Source of the DNA: an uncultured Pseudomonadota bacterium
GTDB lineage: Bacteria; SAR324; NAC60-12
Direction of reading: 5' to 3'
NCBI GenBank assembly: GCA_913052275.1
Contig: CAJXDX010000001.1
Span: 1 to 52,243 of the forward strand
Length of the DNA: 52,243 bases
The first letter of the stretch is position 1. Each line of letters starts with the position of its first letter. Shown one piece after another: positions 38,754 to 47,504 of the stretch. Under the pieces are notes generated by a model. It was not told where the DNA came from, did no database searches, and saw only the letters and a list, made by a program, of their open reading frames with translations. Both the position numbers and the translations under genes were made by a program.

Positions 38754-39983
38754 TCAAATAGTTAATTCATATTGTTGGACACGTGATTTATTATGCAGGG
38801 GATTTTTTGTGGAAAGGTCAACTTCGTAAAGTTCATCTGATTGTGTAACTGAATTAATTCCATAAATATCTTCCGGAAGCTGAGCTTCTTCCAGACAATG
38901 TCTGATCGCATTAGCAATCCATTTTTCAATTTTCAAAATTATAATTTTTTTTCTAAGTCGACCCTGAACATCACGGTTAAGTACACCGGGAATCGAGTTG
39001 CTGGTAATGAATTGATTCAGGTAAGGTGAATTCAGGTTCTCCCGTGCTTCCTGAGAGATTGTTGTGTGTGTGCTGTAGAAGAAAATATTTTCAGGCCGAC
39101 ATCGTTTTGATTCTGCTATTGCACTGATATTTGCCGCAATTGTACCTCCTGTGCGTACCATATCATCGAGAATGAAAATATCACGATCTTTCAGCAGTTC
39201 CACATCTTCACTGATGTTAACTGTTACGTCCCGCTGGCCGCTCCGAGTTTTTTTGAATGTAACCAATACTGAATTATGAAGACCACTAAACTCTCTCACA
39301 CGGTTCACAAATTCTACTGCTCCTTCATCGGGTGCTACAAACCCTACATGTTCGCCGTAGTTCCAGAGCCGCACAAGACCTGAACGGAGAATGTAGTTTG
39401 CAATCAGCGGAGAAATGTCAAGATTCAACAACGGTGGAATATTGCGTGTATTTCCTTCAGGATAGACATTTTGATATATTTTACTCATCACATCAGGTTT
39501 ATGGTTATGAACAGTCATCACGCAATCTACTCCTGATGTTTTTAACAGCTGTGCGTACATTTCCGCAGAACACGGCTGTCCTACAAATTTTTCTCGTGAG
39601 GCAAAATCAGTAACTTGCGGATGATCGAGAGTTCTTGGACCGCGGTCCTGAGCAGAGTAAAATAAATCAGGCTCTACTAAAGCAACAAATTCTGCACCGT
39701 TTTCCTTGGCTGCAGAAGCAATTAAATAATTGCGCATAGCCAGCTCGTTGCGAGAATAGTATGCAGAGTGAGAAGATACAATGTATACAGATTTGCCTTC
39801 CAGTCCATAACCAAGTGTTTCTTCTGTAACGTGATCCTGCAAAAATCTTGGACAAAACTCATTGTTGATAAATGTTTTAAGGGCAATTATATCTGAAATG
39901 TCATTTTCCTGGGAATGCGCATAACCTACGCCAAGTGCAAAAGGGGCGTCACTAACGTTTGATACAATGATGTGCTTGTTCAC
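38754..39983 (-). CDS. divergent, insertion-bearing ribose-phosphate pyrophosphokinase (Prs)-family protein
   Basis: 409 aa versus about 315 aa for classical Prs. It can be aligned to E. coli Prs by eye: YSAQDRG (YARQDRR), VMTVHNH (VLTVDLH), FVAPDEGAV (VVSPDIGGV), ILDDMVRTGGTI (LVDDMIDTGGTL), YSTHTT (YATHPI). Extra segments occur in the N-terminal half and at the C-terminus. Confidence 0.6.
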   Translation of the reverse strand: MNKHIIVSNVSDAPFALGVGYAHSQENDISDIIALKTFINNEFCPRFLQDHVTEETLGYGLEGKSVYIVSSHSAYYSRNELAMRNYLIASAAKENGAEFVALVEPDLFYSAQDRGPRTLDHPQVTDFASREKFVGQPCSAEMYAQLLKTSGVDCVMTVHNHKPDVMSKIYQNVYPEGNTRNIPPLLNLDISPLIANYILRSGLVRLWNYGEHVGFVAPDEGAVEFVNRVREFSGLHNSVLVTFKKTRSGQRDVTVNISEDVELLKDRDIFILDDMVRTGGTIAANISAIAESKRCRPENIFFYSTHTTISQEARENLNSPYLNQFITSNSIPGVLNRDVQGRLRKKIIILKIEKWIANAIRHCLEEAQLPEDIYGINSVTQSDELYEVDLSTKNPLHNKSRVQQYELTI

Positions 39984-40029
39984 AATTCCGGTTTAATTAT
40001 AGATTGATCTACTTTTCATTCCGTCTTAT

Positions 40030-41469
40030 TCAGTATGCAATCGCAAAAAGCGCTCTTTGCGCAGAGGGCAATCCGGTTACCATGCATTCTCCAGGCTCAG
40101 GATTTTTTTCAAGCGGGAGACAGCGGATCGTTGCCTTTGTTTCCTGTTTAATTTGTGCCTCAACTTCTTTGGATCCGTCCCAGTGTGCCGAAATGAAGCC
40201 GCCTTGATTACTAATAATTTCCTTGAATTCTTCATAAGATGAGGCAGTCCTGGTGTTTTGTTTCCTATAATTCAAAGCCCGTTCAAACAGGTTTTGCTGA
40301 ATCTTTTCCAGTAAATCTACAACATGTTGTGTGATTTGTTCAACTGGAACAGCGTTTTTCTCGCGGATATCTCTTCTTGCCACCATAGCCGACTGTTTTT
40401 TTACATCACGCGGACCAACTTCAATCCTTACGGGAACTCCCTGCTGTATCCAGTGAAAAAATTTATCGGCAGGCCTCAGATTATCCGAACTGTCGATTTT
40501 TATCTGGAGCTGATCAATTTTTTCTTTCAGTCGGTTTGATATTGTATCCGCAAACTCCTGGGTTTCACTGCGTTCCTGGTCATTATTAAAAATTGGAACA
40601 ATTGCCACTTGAACAGGTGCTATTTTTGGTGGGAGTATCAATCCGTCATCATCACTGTGAGTCATTATCAAACCACCTATCATGCGTGTTGAAGCTCCCC
40701 AGCTTGTTGTCCAGACATATTTTTGGTTGTTGTTTCTATCAAGAAAATCAATTTCAAAAGCTTTCGCAAAATTTTGACCTAAATTATGAGATGTCCCTGA
40801 CTGAAGAGCTTTACCATCCTGCATCATTGCTTCTACTGAATATGTGGATAACGCCCCGGGAAATTTTTCTGATTCAGATTTAATACCTTTGATCACTGGA
40901 ATTGCCAAATATTCTTCCTGAAAAATACGGTAGATTTCCAGCATCCGTAATGTTTCTTCCTGTGCTTCCTCTGCTGTTTCATGAGCAGTGTGTCCTTCCT
41001 GCCAGAGAAATTCTGAGGTGCGCAGAAACAGTCTTGTGCGCATTTCCCAGCGCAGCACATTGCACCACTGATTTATCAGTACAGGAAGGTCCCTGTAACT
41101 TTGAATCCACTGGGAATACATGTGTCCGATAACTGTCTCTGAAGTGGGGCGAATCATCAGAGGTTCTTCAAGCTCTTTTCCTCCTCCATGTGTTACGACA
41201 GCACATTCAGGACTGAACCCTTCAACATGCTCCGCTTCACGTTCCATAAAATGCTTAGGAATCAACAAGGGGAAAGATGCATTAACATGACCTGTTTCTT
41301 TGAACATTCGGTCCAAACGGGACTGCATAGCTTCCCATATAGCAAAACCGGAAGGTCTGATTACCATGCATCCTTTAACAGGTGCATAATCAGCAAGCTG
41401 CCCGGCCGCAATTACATCAAGATACCACTGAGAGTAATTTTCTTTGCGGGGTGTAATGTTTTTTGCCAT
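40030..41469 (-). CDS. proS: proline--tRNA ligase, archaeal/eukaryote-like type
   Basis: 479 aa. N-terminus [10 protein letters not shown]...[21 protein letters not shown], class II motifs ([23 protein letters not shown]). There is no bacterial-type INS editing domain. The C-terminal extension ends in Tyr (...FAIAY), typical of this ProRS type. Confidence 0.9.
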   Translation of the reverse strand: MAKNITPRKENYSQWYLDVIAAGQLADYAPVKGCMVIRPSGFAIWEAMQSRLDRMFKETGHVNASFPLLIPKHFMEREAEHVEGFSPECAVVTHGGGKELEEPLMIRPTSETVIGHMYSQWIQSYRDLPVLINQWCNVLRWEMRTRLFLRTSEFLWQEGHTAHETAEEAQEETLRMLEIYRIFQEEYLAIPVIKGIKSESEKFPGALSTYSVEAMMQDGKALQSGTSHNLGQNFAKAFEIDFLDRNNNQKYVWTTSWGASTRMIGGLIMTHSDDDGLILPPKIAPVQVAIVPIFNNDQERSETQEFADTISNRLKEKIDQLQIKIDSSDNLRPADKFFHWIQQGVPVRIEVGPRDVKKQSAMVARRDIREKNAVPVEQITQHVVDLLEKIQQNLFERALNYRKQNTRTASSYEEFKEIISNQGGFISAHWDGSKEVEAQIKQETKATIRCLPLEKNPEPGECMVTGLPSAQRALFAIAY

Positions 41470-41773
41470 TTTGGCAGATATCTATCGGGAAAAACGAAAG
41501 GAGGTTCTATACCATCATTCAATGGAGAAATGTTTGCCGGAATGAATGGGCTTTGTTGGATTGAGCATTCAAAAATACAAATTTTACAGCATATTTACAA
41601 GGCCAATTTGAAATGCCGTAAACAATCGTAAATCTTGAAATAGTAATATTTCGTTCATTGCTTGAGCATGCATAAATCAAAGTATATCATTAACTTCAAT
41701 TCTGAACAAATTTTTCAGTTGCCATAATTTAAGTTTAAAATACCAGAATATCATTTTTCTTGAAGGACTGATC

Positions 41774-42772
41774 ATGAAGGCTATGATGCTTCACCATCCA
41801 GGAATGATTGAGGATGTACAGCTTAAATGTGAAACATTAGATATTCAGGAACCGAAAGAGTCAGAAATTTTAATTCGAGTAAAGTTTTGCGCTGTTTGCC
41901 GTACAGATTTACATCTAATTGAAGGAGACCTTCCTGTACCAGAATTACCTATAATTCCCGGCCATCAGGTGGTTGGAATAATAGAGGAGACAGGTGATTG
42001 TATAGATGAATTTAAGAAAGGTGAACGAGTGGGTGTACCATGGATGAGTTCAACATGCTGTCGCTGTGGGTATTGTAGAGGAGGAACAGAAAACCTTTGC
42101 GATCTTGCGCAGTTCACAGGACTTGATCGCCATGGTGGATATGCGGAATATATTACAGTACCAGGTCAGTTTGTTTATAAGCTGCCTGATGAAATAGCTG
42201 ACCATCAGGCGGCCCCATTACTTTGTTCCGGAATTATTGGGTATAGATCACTTAAACTCTGCGGGTTACGGTCCGGACAGAAGTTGGGAATATTTGGTTT
42301 TGGAGCGTCAGCACATATTACTATTCAGGTTGCCATCCACTTGAATTGTGAGGTCTACGTCTTTACACGAAGTGAAGAACACAGGATCCATGCTGAGGAA
42401 TTGGGCGCAGTTTGGTCCGGTGGCTCCAATGACGATCCTGGAACAGAACTGGACAGTGTGCTGATTTTTGCGCCGTCAGGTGTTTTAATGGTGGACAGCC
42501 TGAAAAATTTGCGCAAGGGGGGAACTGCGGTTTCAGCCGGTATTCACATGAGCGATATCCCAAAGTTCCCTTACCGCCTTCTTTACGGAGAAAGAGTAAT
42601 GATGAGCGCCACAAATGCCACCCATCAGGACGGCTTGGAATTCCTGAAACTGGCCAGCGAGATTCCAATCCGAACGGAAGTGAAACTCTACCAGCTGGAA
42701 CAAGCAAATCAGGCTTTGCTGGACCTCAAGCAAAGTCGTATAAAAGGAGCTGCTGTTTTGACTATTGATTAA
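41774..42772 (+). CDS. zinc-dependent (MDR-family) alcohol dehydrogenase
   Basis: 332 aa. CAVCRTDLH, GHQVVG, structural-zinc Cys cluster CCRCGYCRGGTENLC, Rossmann motif GIFGFGASAH. An AAGGA Shine-Dalgarno sequence lies upstream of the ATG. Confidence 0.85.
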   Translation: MKAMMLHHPGMIEDVQLKCETLDIQEPKESEILIRVKFCAVCRTDLHLIEGDLPVPELPIIPGHQVVGIIEETGDCIDEFKKGERVGVPWMSSTCCRCGYCRGGTENLCDLAQFTGLDRHGGYAEYITVPGQFVYKLPDEIADHQAAPLLCSGIIGYRSLKLCGLRSGQKLGIFGFGASAHITIQVAIHLNCEVYVFTRSEEHRIHAEELGAVWSGGSNDDPGTELDSVLIFAPSGVLMVDSLKNLRKGGTAVSAGIHMSDIPKFPYRLLYGERVMMSATNATHQDGLEFLKLASEIPIRTEVKLYQLEQANQALLDLKQSRIKGAAVLTID

Positions 42773-42867
42773 TTGCCTCTGGGCATATTTGCAAGTTGAA
42801 GTTGAAATTTTGTAATACTGACTATGCAAATTGTTGTGGGCCAGAAAGCAGCGAAGTCATTTCAGAT

Positions 42868-43746
42868 TCACCGATCAAACTGTTTTTTTTGTTTTACAGT
42901 AGCTGGGGTTCTGGATTTATCAGTGTTTTGAAGATGTTCTTTCAGTTGCTCAAAAGTATATCCTGTGACTTGCGCGGCCGCTGAAATATCAGGAAAATTC
43001 TGACCCTCAACAGAAACTGCCCCACCTTCGCCTCCTTTTGAAGCAGTTTTTGACAAGGAATCGTTTCGAGAATTTTCGATTGGAGAGAGCAGGAGCTTTG
43101 CTTTTTCGGTGTCTCCGTGCTGTATAAGAGAAATGTACTGGCCAAGCGAAGGTACCATCTCAAACCATCCGTTTCCAGAATGATGAGTTTGAAACAGGCT
43201 CTGCAGGGTATTGACAATAGTGTCTGCAGATTCGTCCTGACTTGTTTCGAAACTTGCCAGAATATGAAGAGTCTCTGAAGAACCCTGCTGCAAGTTCTCC
43301 AAATCAAGATATGGATTGCTTCCAGAAGAAATTTTAACTCTGTTATTTCTTGAATCCTGAATGAAATAAACAGATTTCCCGTCAGGATGATGTTTGCGTT
43401 TCTGCTTCAGATTATAATTCTCGTCCATGCAATTTTTGCATGAAGATGTTTTTCCGTCTTGAGAATGTGAAGACATGTAAAATTCCCGCAGTGGCTTTCT
43501 TTCACCACATTCTTTGCATACCTTCTCAAGCAGATTTGCCTGTGATAATTTTGTATCCATGTTTTTAGCAAAAGAGCTCAGCTGAACTCTGAGATGAGCA
43601 CATTTTCTGCAGAATGATGCCATCCCGTCATTGCAACGACCGTCAGGGAAAAACTCTGCCGAGCGTGGGAATTCTCCTCTGCAAATACTGCATAAACGGG
43701 TATATTGCTCTGGACCGAACAACTCTTCCTGAATAACTAATCTCAT
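42868..43746 (-). CDS. hypothetical: two CxxC...CxxC zinc-ribbon modules + degenerate GIY-YIG (T5orf172/MUG113-like) domain + C-terminal NUMOD/HTH-like tail; homing-endonuclease-like
   Basis: 292 aa. CSICRGEF...DGMASFCRKC and CKECGERKPLREFY...DGKTSSCKNC (a repeated module seen in phage/intron endonuclease-like proteins). VYFIQDSRNNRVKISSGSNP...LHILASFE...SGNGWFEM fits the T5orf172 pattern with substitutions. The tail VEGQNFPDISAAAQVTGYTFEQL resembles NUMOD1-type HTH. All of this is judged by eye. Confidence 0.4.
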   Translation of the reverse strand: MRLVIQEELFGPEQYTRLCSICRGEFPRSAEFFPDGRCNDGMASFCRKCAHLRVQLSSFAKNMDTKLSQANLLEKVCKECGERKPLREFYMSSHSQDGKTSSCKNCMDENYNLKQKRKHHPDGKSVYFIQDSRNNRVKISSGSNPYLDLENLQQGSSETLHILASFETSQDESADTIVNTLQSLFQTHHSGNGWFEMVPSLGQYISLIQHGDTEKAKLLLSPIENSRNDSLSKTASKGGEGGAVSVEGQNFPDISAAAQVTGYTFEQLKEHLQNTDKSRTPATVKQKKQFDR

Positions 43747-44204
43747 GCTTTAATACTGATGATGAATTGTTGAAAAAATATGAATTGAACAGGCCTGCCT
43801 TATGTTAAAGTTAACAATCCAATTCTCGGTTAAAAATAACAGAATTATTTGAATAGTCAAATTCTGAATGCAATAACTGTTCTGTAATTAATACTGTTCA
43901 AAAAATTTGCTTTCGCGCTTGAATCAAAAAATTAAGTACATTTAAAGAATGTCTTTTAAGAACACTTTTTGAATTTGATCTTGTATAAAAGCATAAGATT
44001 TTTTTAGTTTAATTATGAAAATGTCAGGGCACCTTTGGAAGAAAATCATTGTATATTATTTCATAGTATATAAACTGGGCCTGATGCATTAAATATCAAC
44101 ATGTAGCTTTGAATTGTTAACAAGTTTGTTTGATATGCAATATCAAAAATTTGATAACTCAGCTAGTAATTATCTTAAACACTCTGACCTTGATTATATA
44201 AATA

Positions 44205-45155
44205 ATGTCCGAATCAAAATTTTGCAGTTTACTTACAAGGCAATCAGGCGAACCTCTTGCGGGGACAGCTCCTTTTGCAAAGCATTTCGTCTTCATTACA
44301 TGGCCCAAAAAATACTGGCAATATGAGGCTCTTGACTCAAAAGGGGGTTTCCCGGAGGGTTTGAAAGAATGGATGAAGGCTCAAAGCGAAATAAGCGGAA
44401 AAGTAAGCATTCGACTTGTAAGCCGTAAAGAGCTGAGCAACGAAAGCGCAGACCTTTTTATTTATCCGGAAAAAATACATTATTCAAATATCCTTCCGGA
44501 AGAAATAACTGATGTTTTAAAGTCACATTTTCTGCATGAATCCAATTCGGGAAATACAACTGATAAAATAGAAAAAGATCATATTTTAGTATGCACCCAC
44601 GGGAGGCATGATAAATGCTGTGCCAAATTTGGGCAGGAACTGGCTGATAATTTGCGTAATCATCTTAAAGATCAGCAGGATACTATTGAGGTATTGGATA
44701 GCAGTCATCTTGGCGGACACAGATTTGCGCCTACGATGATTGATTTTCCAGCTGGCAGAGCTTATGGACAACTTACACCTGAAGAAATTCCTGATTATTT
44801 AGAAAGTCGTAAGCAGGGAATGGTTTATGCCCCTGCTTATCGAGGATCAGTTTTTCTTCCTGAGCTTGTGCAGGTTGCTGAGGCTTATGTGCAACGTTTT
44901 CGCTCCAGTAAGCAATGGAATTGTCAGGTTAATATCAGTAATGTAGAAAAATTAAATGATGAAAAATTTGGATGTATTGCGTCATTTAACAGTCCCGAAA
45001 ATAGTCTTGCATCACAAACTGATATTCCTGATGAATTACCTTTTACATTTAAACTAAAGGGATATGAAGGTCCAGCAGGATGTAATGGTCTCAACCAGCC
45101 CAAAATGAGAAAGTGCTGGGAGTTGGAAACTCCCCTTCCCGTAAATATCATGTGA
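44205..45155 (+). CDS. sucrase/ferredoxin-like (thioredoxin-like [2Fe-2S]) family protein
   Basis: 316 aa. The VCTHGRHDKCCAKFG and SHLGGHRFAP motifs are characteristic of the Suc_Fer-like family. Confidence 0.6.
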   Translation: MSESKFCSLLTRQSGEPLAGTAPFAKHFVFITWPKKYWQYEALDSKGGFPEGLKEWMKAQSEISGKVSIRLVSRKELSNESADLFIYPEKIHYSNILPEEITDVLKSHFLHESNSGNTTDKIEKDHILVCTHGRHDKCCAKFGQELADNLRNHLKDQQDTIEVLDSSHLGGHRFAPTMIDFPAGRAYGQLTPEEIPDYLESRKQGMVYAPAYRGSVFLPELVQVAEAYVQRFRSSKQWNCQVNISNVEKLNDEKFGCIASFNSPENSLASQTDIPDELPFTFKLKGYEGPAGCNGLNQPKMRKCWELETPLPVNIM

Positions 45156-45165
45156 TGGAGTAAAT

Positions 45166-45684
45166 ATGGCAAACGAGGAAGAGCAGGAAAAAAAGGAAGC
45201 TGCCAACGCGGAAGATGATATGGATTCGTTGATGGACGAGTTGGAGGAACAGCAAACCAAACCTGAAAATATTGAAAGAAGTGAAGATCTGAGTTCATTA
45301 GTAACAGAAAAAACAGTTTCTTCAGATGAAAATCTTGATCAGATGCTTGAGTCTGCGGCGGATTCTTCCACTCCTGAGGCTGACGCCTCCTCAGATGAGG
45401 AAGGTGTAGATTTAAAATTGTTGCTGGAATTGCCTTTGACAATGACGTTTGAGGTTGGACGGGCAAAAATGTCTATCAGCAATCTTCTTTCACTCGGTCA
45501 GGGATCTGTATTGGATTTGCACCGCCTTGTAGGTGAAGACCTGGATATTTTAGTAAATGGCAAATTAATTGCCCAGGGAGAGGTTGTAATATCCAATGAA
45601 AAATTTTGTGCAAAGATTACCAACGTCATTCCACCAGAAGAGCGTGTGAAAAAAATGGCAGGCATGGATAAATCAAATTTGTAA
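45166..45684 (+). CDS. fliN: flagellar motor switch protein FliN (SpoA domain) with acidic N-terminal extension
   Basis: 172 aa. The C-terminal roughly 85 aa align closely by eye with E. coli FliN (LPLTMTFEVGRAKMSISNLLSLGQGSVLDLHRLVGEDLDILVNGKLIAQGEVVISNEKFCAKITNVIPPEER). Lies 10 bp after the preceding gene. Confidence 0.85.
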   Translation: MANEEEQEKKEAANAEDDMDSLMDELEEQQTKPENIERSEDLSSLVTEKTVSSDENLDQMLESAADSSTPEADASSDEEGVDLKLLLELPLTMTFEVGRAKMSISNLLSLGQGSVLDLHRLVGEDLDILVNGKLIAQGEVVISNEKFCAKITNVIPPEERVKKMAGMDKSNL

Positions 45685-45762
45685 AATCTGCAGCAATAAA
45701 GAAAATGTAAATATTTTTTAGACTCGCGTCATGAAGATGAATATATCCAATCCATAAACCAA

Positions 45763-46815
45763 ATGTCTTCTATTGACTGGAAGCTTAGTTCTTATCATTA
45801 CAAACTCCCAGAATCCCTCATTGCCCAGCATCCCACCCCGAGACGTGATCAATCAAGAATGCTTTTTCTTGATCGTTCAAAAGACATAGTTTCACATCGT
45901 AACTTTTCTGAAATAATTACACTTTTACCAGAAGACTCCTGCCTGGTGATAAACAACACCAGGGTTCTTCCTGTGCGTCTACCAGGAAGGCGAAAAACAG
46001 GTGCCAGGATTGAAGCCTTGCTTATTGAAGAAGTAGGTGAGGGACACTGGAGTGCTGTTATCCGTAAAGCCAAGCGAATCAGGCAAGGCGAACAGCTGGA
46101 TTTTTGCGGTGGAGCACTTTGTGCGGTGGCTTTGGAAAGGAAGGATGGAGGTGAATGGCTACTGGAATTTGAAGAACCGGAATCTTTAAAAGAACGTTTG
46201 GAGAAGGTGGGACTACCTCCATTGCCGCCTTATATTAAAAGACAAAAGGCGAATGAAATTCAGAACGCTGAGGACAGAGAACGCTACCAGACCTGTTTTG
46301 CTTCCAAACCCGGTGCGATAGCCGCACCAACCGCAGGGTTACACTTTACACCAGAAATATTGAATGCAATCAGGAATCGAGGTATTGAGATTCTTGAAGT
46401 AACTCTGCATGTAGGTCTTGGTACCTTTACACCTATTGAAAAAGAGGATATCAGAGAACATAAAATGCACGCTGAATATTTTTCAATTTCTTCAAATTCC
46501 CTTCTTAAATTGCAAAGTTTTAAGAGATCGCGAAAACCAATAATCTGCCTTGGAACGACATCTGTGAGAGTTTTGGAAACTCTGGTACTAAACAATTTTA
46601 AAAAGAATTCAGGTTGGACAGATTTATTTATTTATCCACCTTACAATTTCAGGATGGTGCAGGGATTGCTGACGAATTTCCATCTTCCAAAATCAACCCT
46701 GCTGATCATGGTTTCGGCTTTTTATGGACGCGAAAAATTACTTGAAGCGTATCGCGTAGCTGTAGAAGAGAAATACCGCTTTTTCAGTTATGGAGACTGT
46801 ATGCTTATACTTTAA
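45763..46815 (+). CDS. queA: S-adenosylmethionine:tRNA ribosyltransferase-isomerase
   Basis: 350 aa. YHYKLPESLIAQHPTPRRDQSRML, GAIAAPTAGLHFT, LHVGLGTF, GTTSVRVLE, FFSYGDCMLI. Confidence 0.9.
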   Translation: MSSIDWKLSSYHYKLPESLIAQHPTPRRDQSRMLFLDRSKDIVSHRNFSEIITLLPEDSCLVINNTRVLPVRLPGRRKTGARIEALLIEEVGEGHWSAVIRKAKRIRQGEQLDFCGGALCAVALERKDGGEWLLEFEEPESLKERLEKVGLPPLPPYIKRQKANEIQNAEDRERYQTCFASKPGAIAAPTAGLHFTPEILNAIRNRGIEILEVTLHVGLGTFTPIEKEDIREHKMHAEYFSISSNSLLKLQSFKRSRKPIICLGTTSVRVLETLVLNNFKKNSGWTDLFIYPPYNFRMVQGLLTNFHLPKSTLLIMVSAFYGREKLLEAYRVAVEEKYRFFSYGDCMLIL

Positions 46816-46868
46816 CTGAGAATTAATTGATTTAAGACAGTAGCCGTACTTCTATTAGGGGAATCACT

Positions 46869-47447
46869 TTAAAGTCCATTTTCGTGGTACTGTTTGTACT
46901 TAGGCAACTCGTCCTCAATTAAGTAATAATCAGGCTTGTCAATCATGAATATATGACTGATCGTTTTCAGTCCTGCAGTGGAATCCAGCATGCCTGCAGC
47001 TATGCTGATATTTTTTTCTCCAATCCTCTCATAAAATAGACTTGCACCGCACTCCTGGCAAAAACCCCTCCTTGCTTTATCCGAGGAGCGAAACCATTTC
47101 AATCCTGTGTCACTTATGAACTGAAACTTGGTTTTTTCAACAGAACTATAGGCAGCATAATGTCCGTGAGTGCGTCGACATTGTCCGCAATGACAGTTAA
47201 TTATCTGACGCAATTGTCCGTAAATTTCGAACTTTACAGCTCCACATAAACATCCTCCCTGATATCTTGCTTCTTTAACTTTGTTCTCTTTTGAATCTTC
47301 TTTCATATCACCTGTCACACGATTTTCACGACGGTCTGATTTTGTGTAAATCTTTCCTGATGGTTTAACTTTTTCTGCATAACGACTCCTCATTTTGTTG
47401 CTGTAATCCGCACCCAGTGCAGGAGTATTTTTTTTAGATTTTGCCAC
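46869..47447 (-). CDS. GFA/CENP-V-family (glutathione-dependent formaldehyde-activating-like) zinc protein with basic N-terminal extension
   Basis: 192 aa. GGCLCGAVKFE, NCHCGQCRRTHG, FCQECGASLF. GTG start at 47447 preceded by GAGAGGG. An internal ATG at 47306 is an alternative start. Confidence 0.7.
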   Translation of the reverse strand: MAKSKKNTPALGADYSNKMRSRYAEKVKPSGKIYTKSDRRENRVTGDMKEDSKENKVKEARYQGGCLCGAVKFEIYGQLRQIINCHCGQCRRTHGHYAAYSSVEKTKFQFISDTGLKWFRSSDKARRGFCQECGASLFYERIGEKNISIAAGMLDSTAGLKTISHIFMIDKPDYYLIEDELPKYKQYHENGL

Positions 47448-47504
47448 TTTTTGCCCTCTCAGATCATTTTATTATTTTGAATTTTTTCCGTCAATACACA
47501 TTCG

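Noticed and set aside
41188-41631. 147-aa plus-strand ORF running from inside proS into the proS-ADH intergenic region
   Set aside because: Most of it is antisense to proS and it has no motifs. The intergenic part is better explained as divergent promoter DNA.
42942-43307. 121-aa same-strand alternative-frame ORF inside the endonuclease-like gene
   Set aside because: The longer frame carries the zinc-ribbon and GIY-YIG-like patterns, and the alternative frame has none. There is no slippery site to suggest frameshifting.
44924-45466. 180-aa minus-strand ORF spanning the Suc_Fer-like/fliN junction; Pro/Leu-rich
   Set aside because: It is antisense to two well-supported genes, one of them a near-canonical FliN. 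Its composition looks like an antisense artefact.
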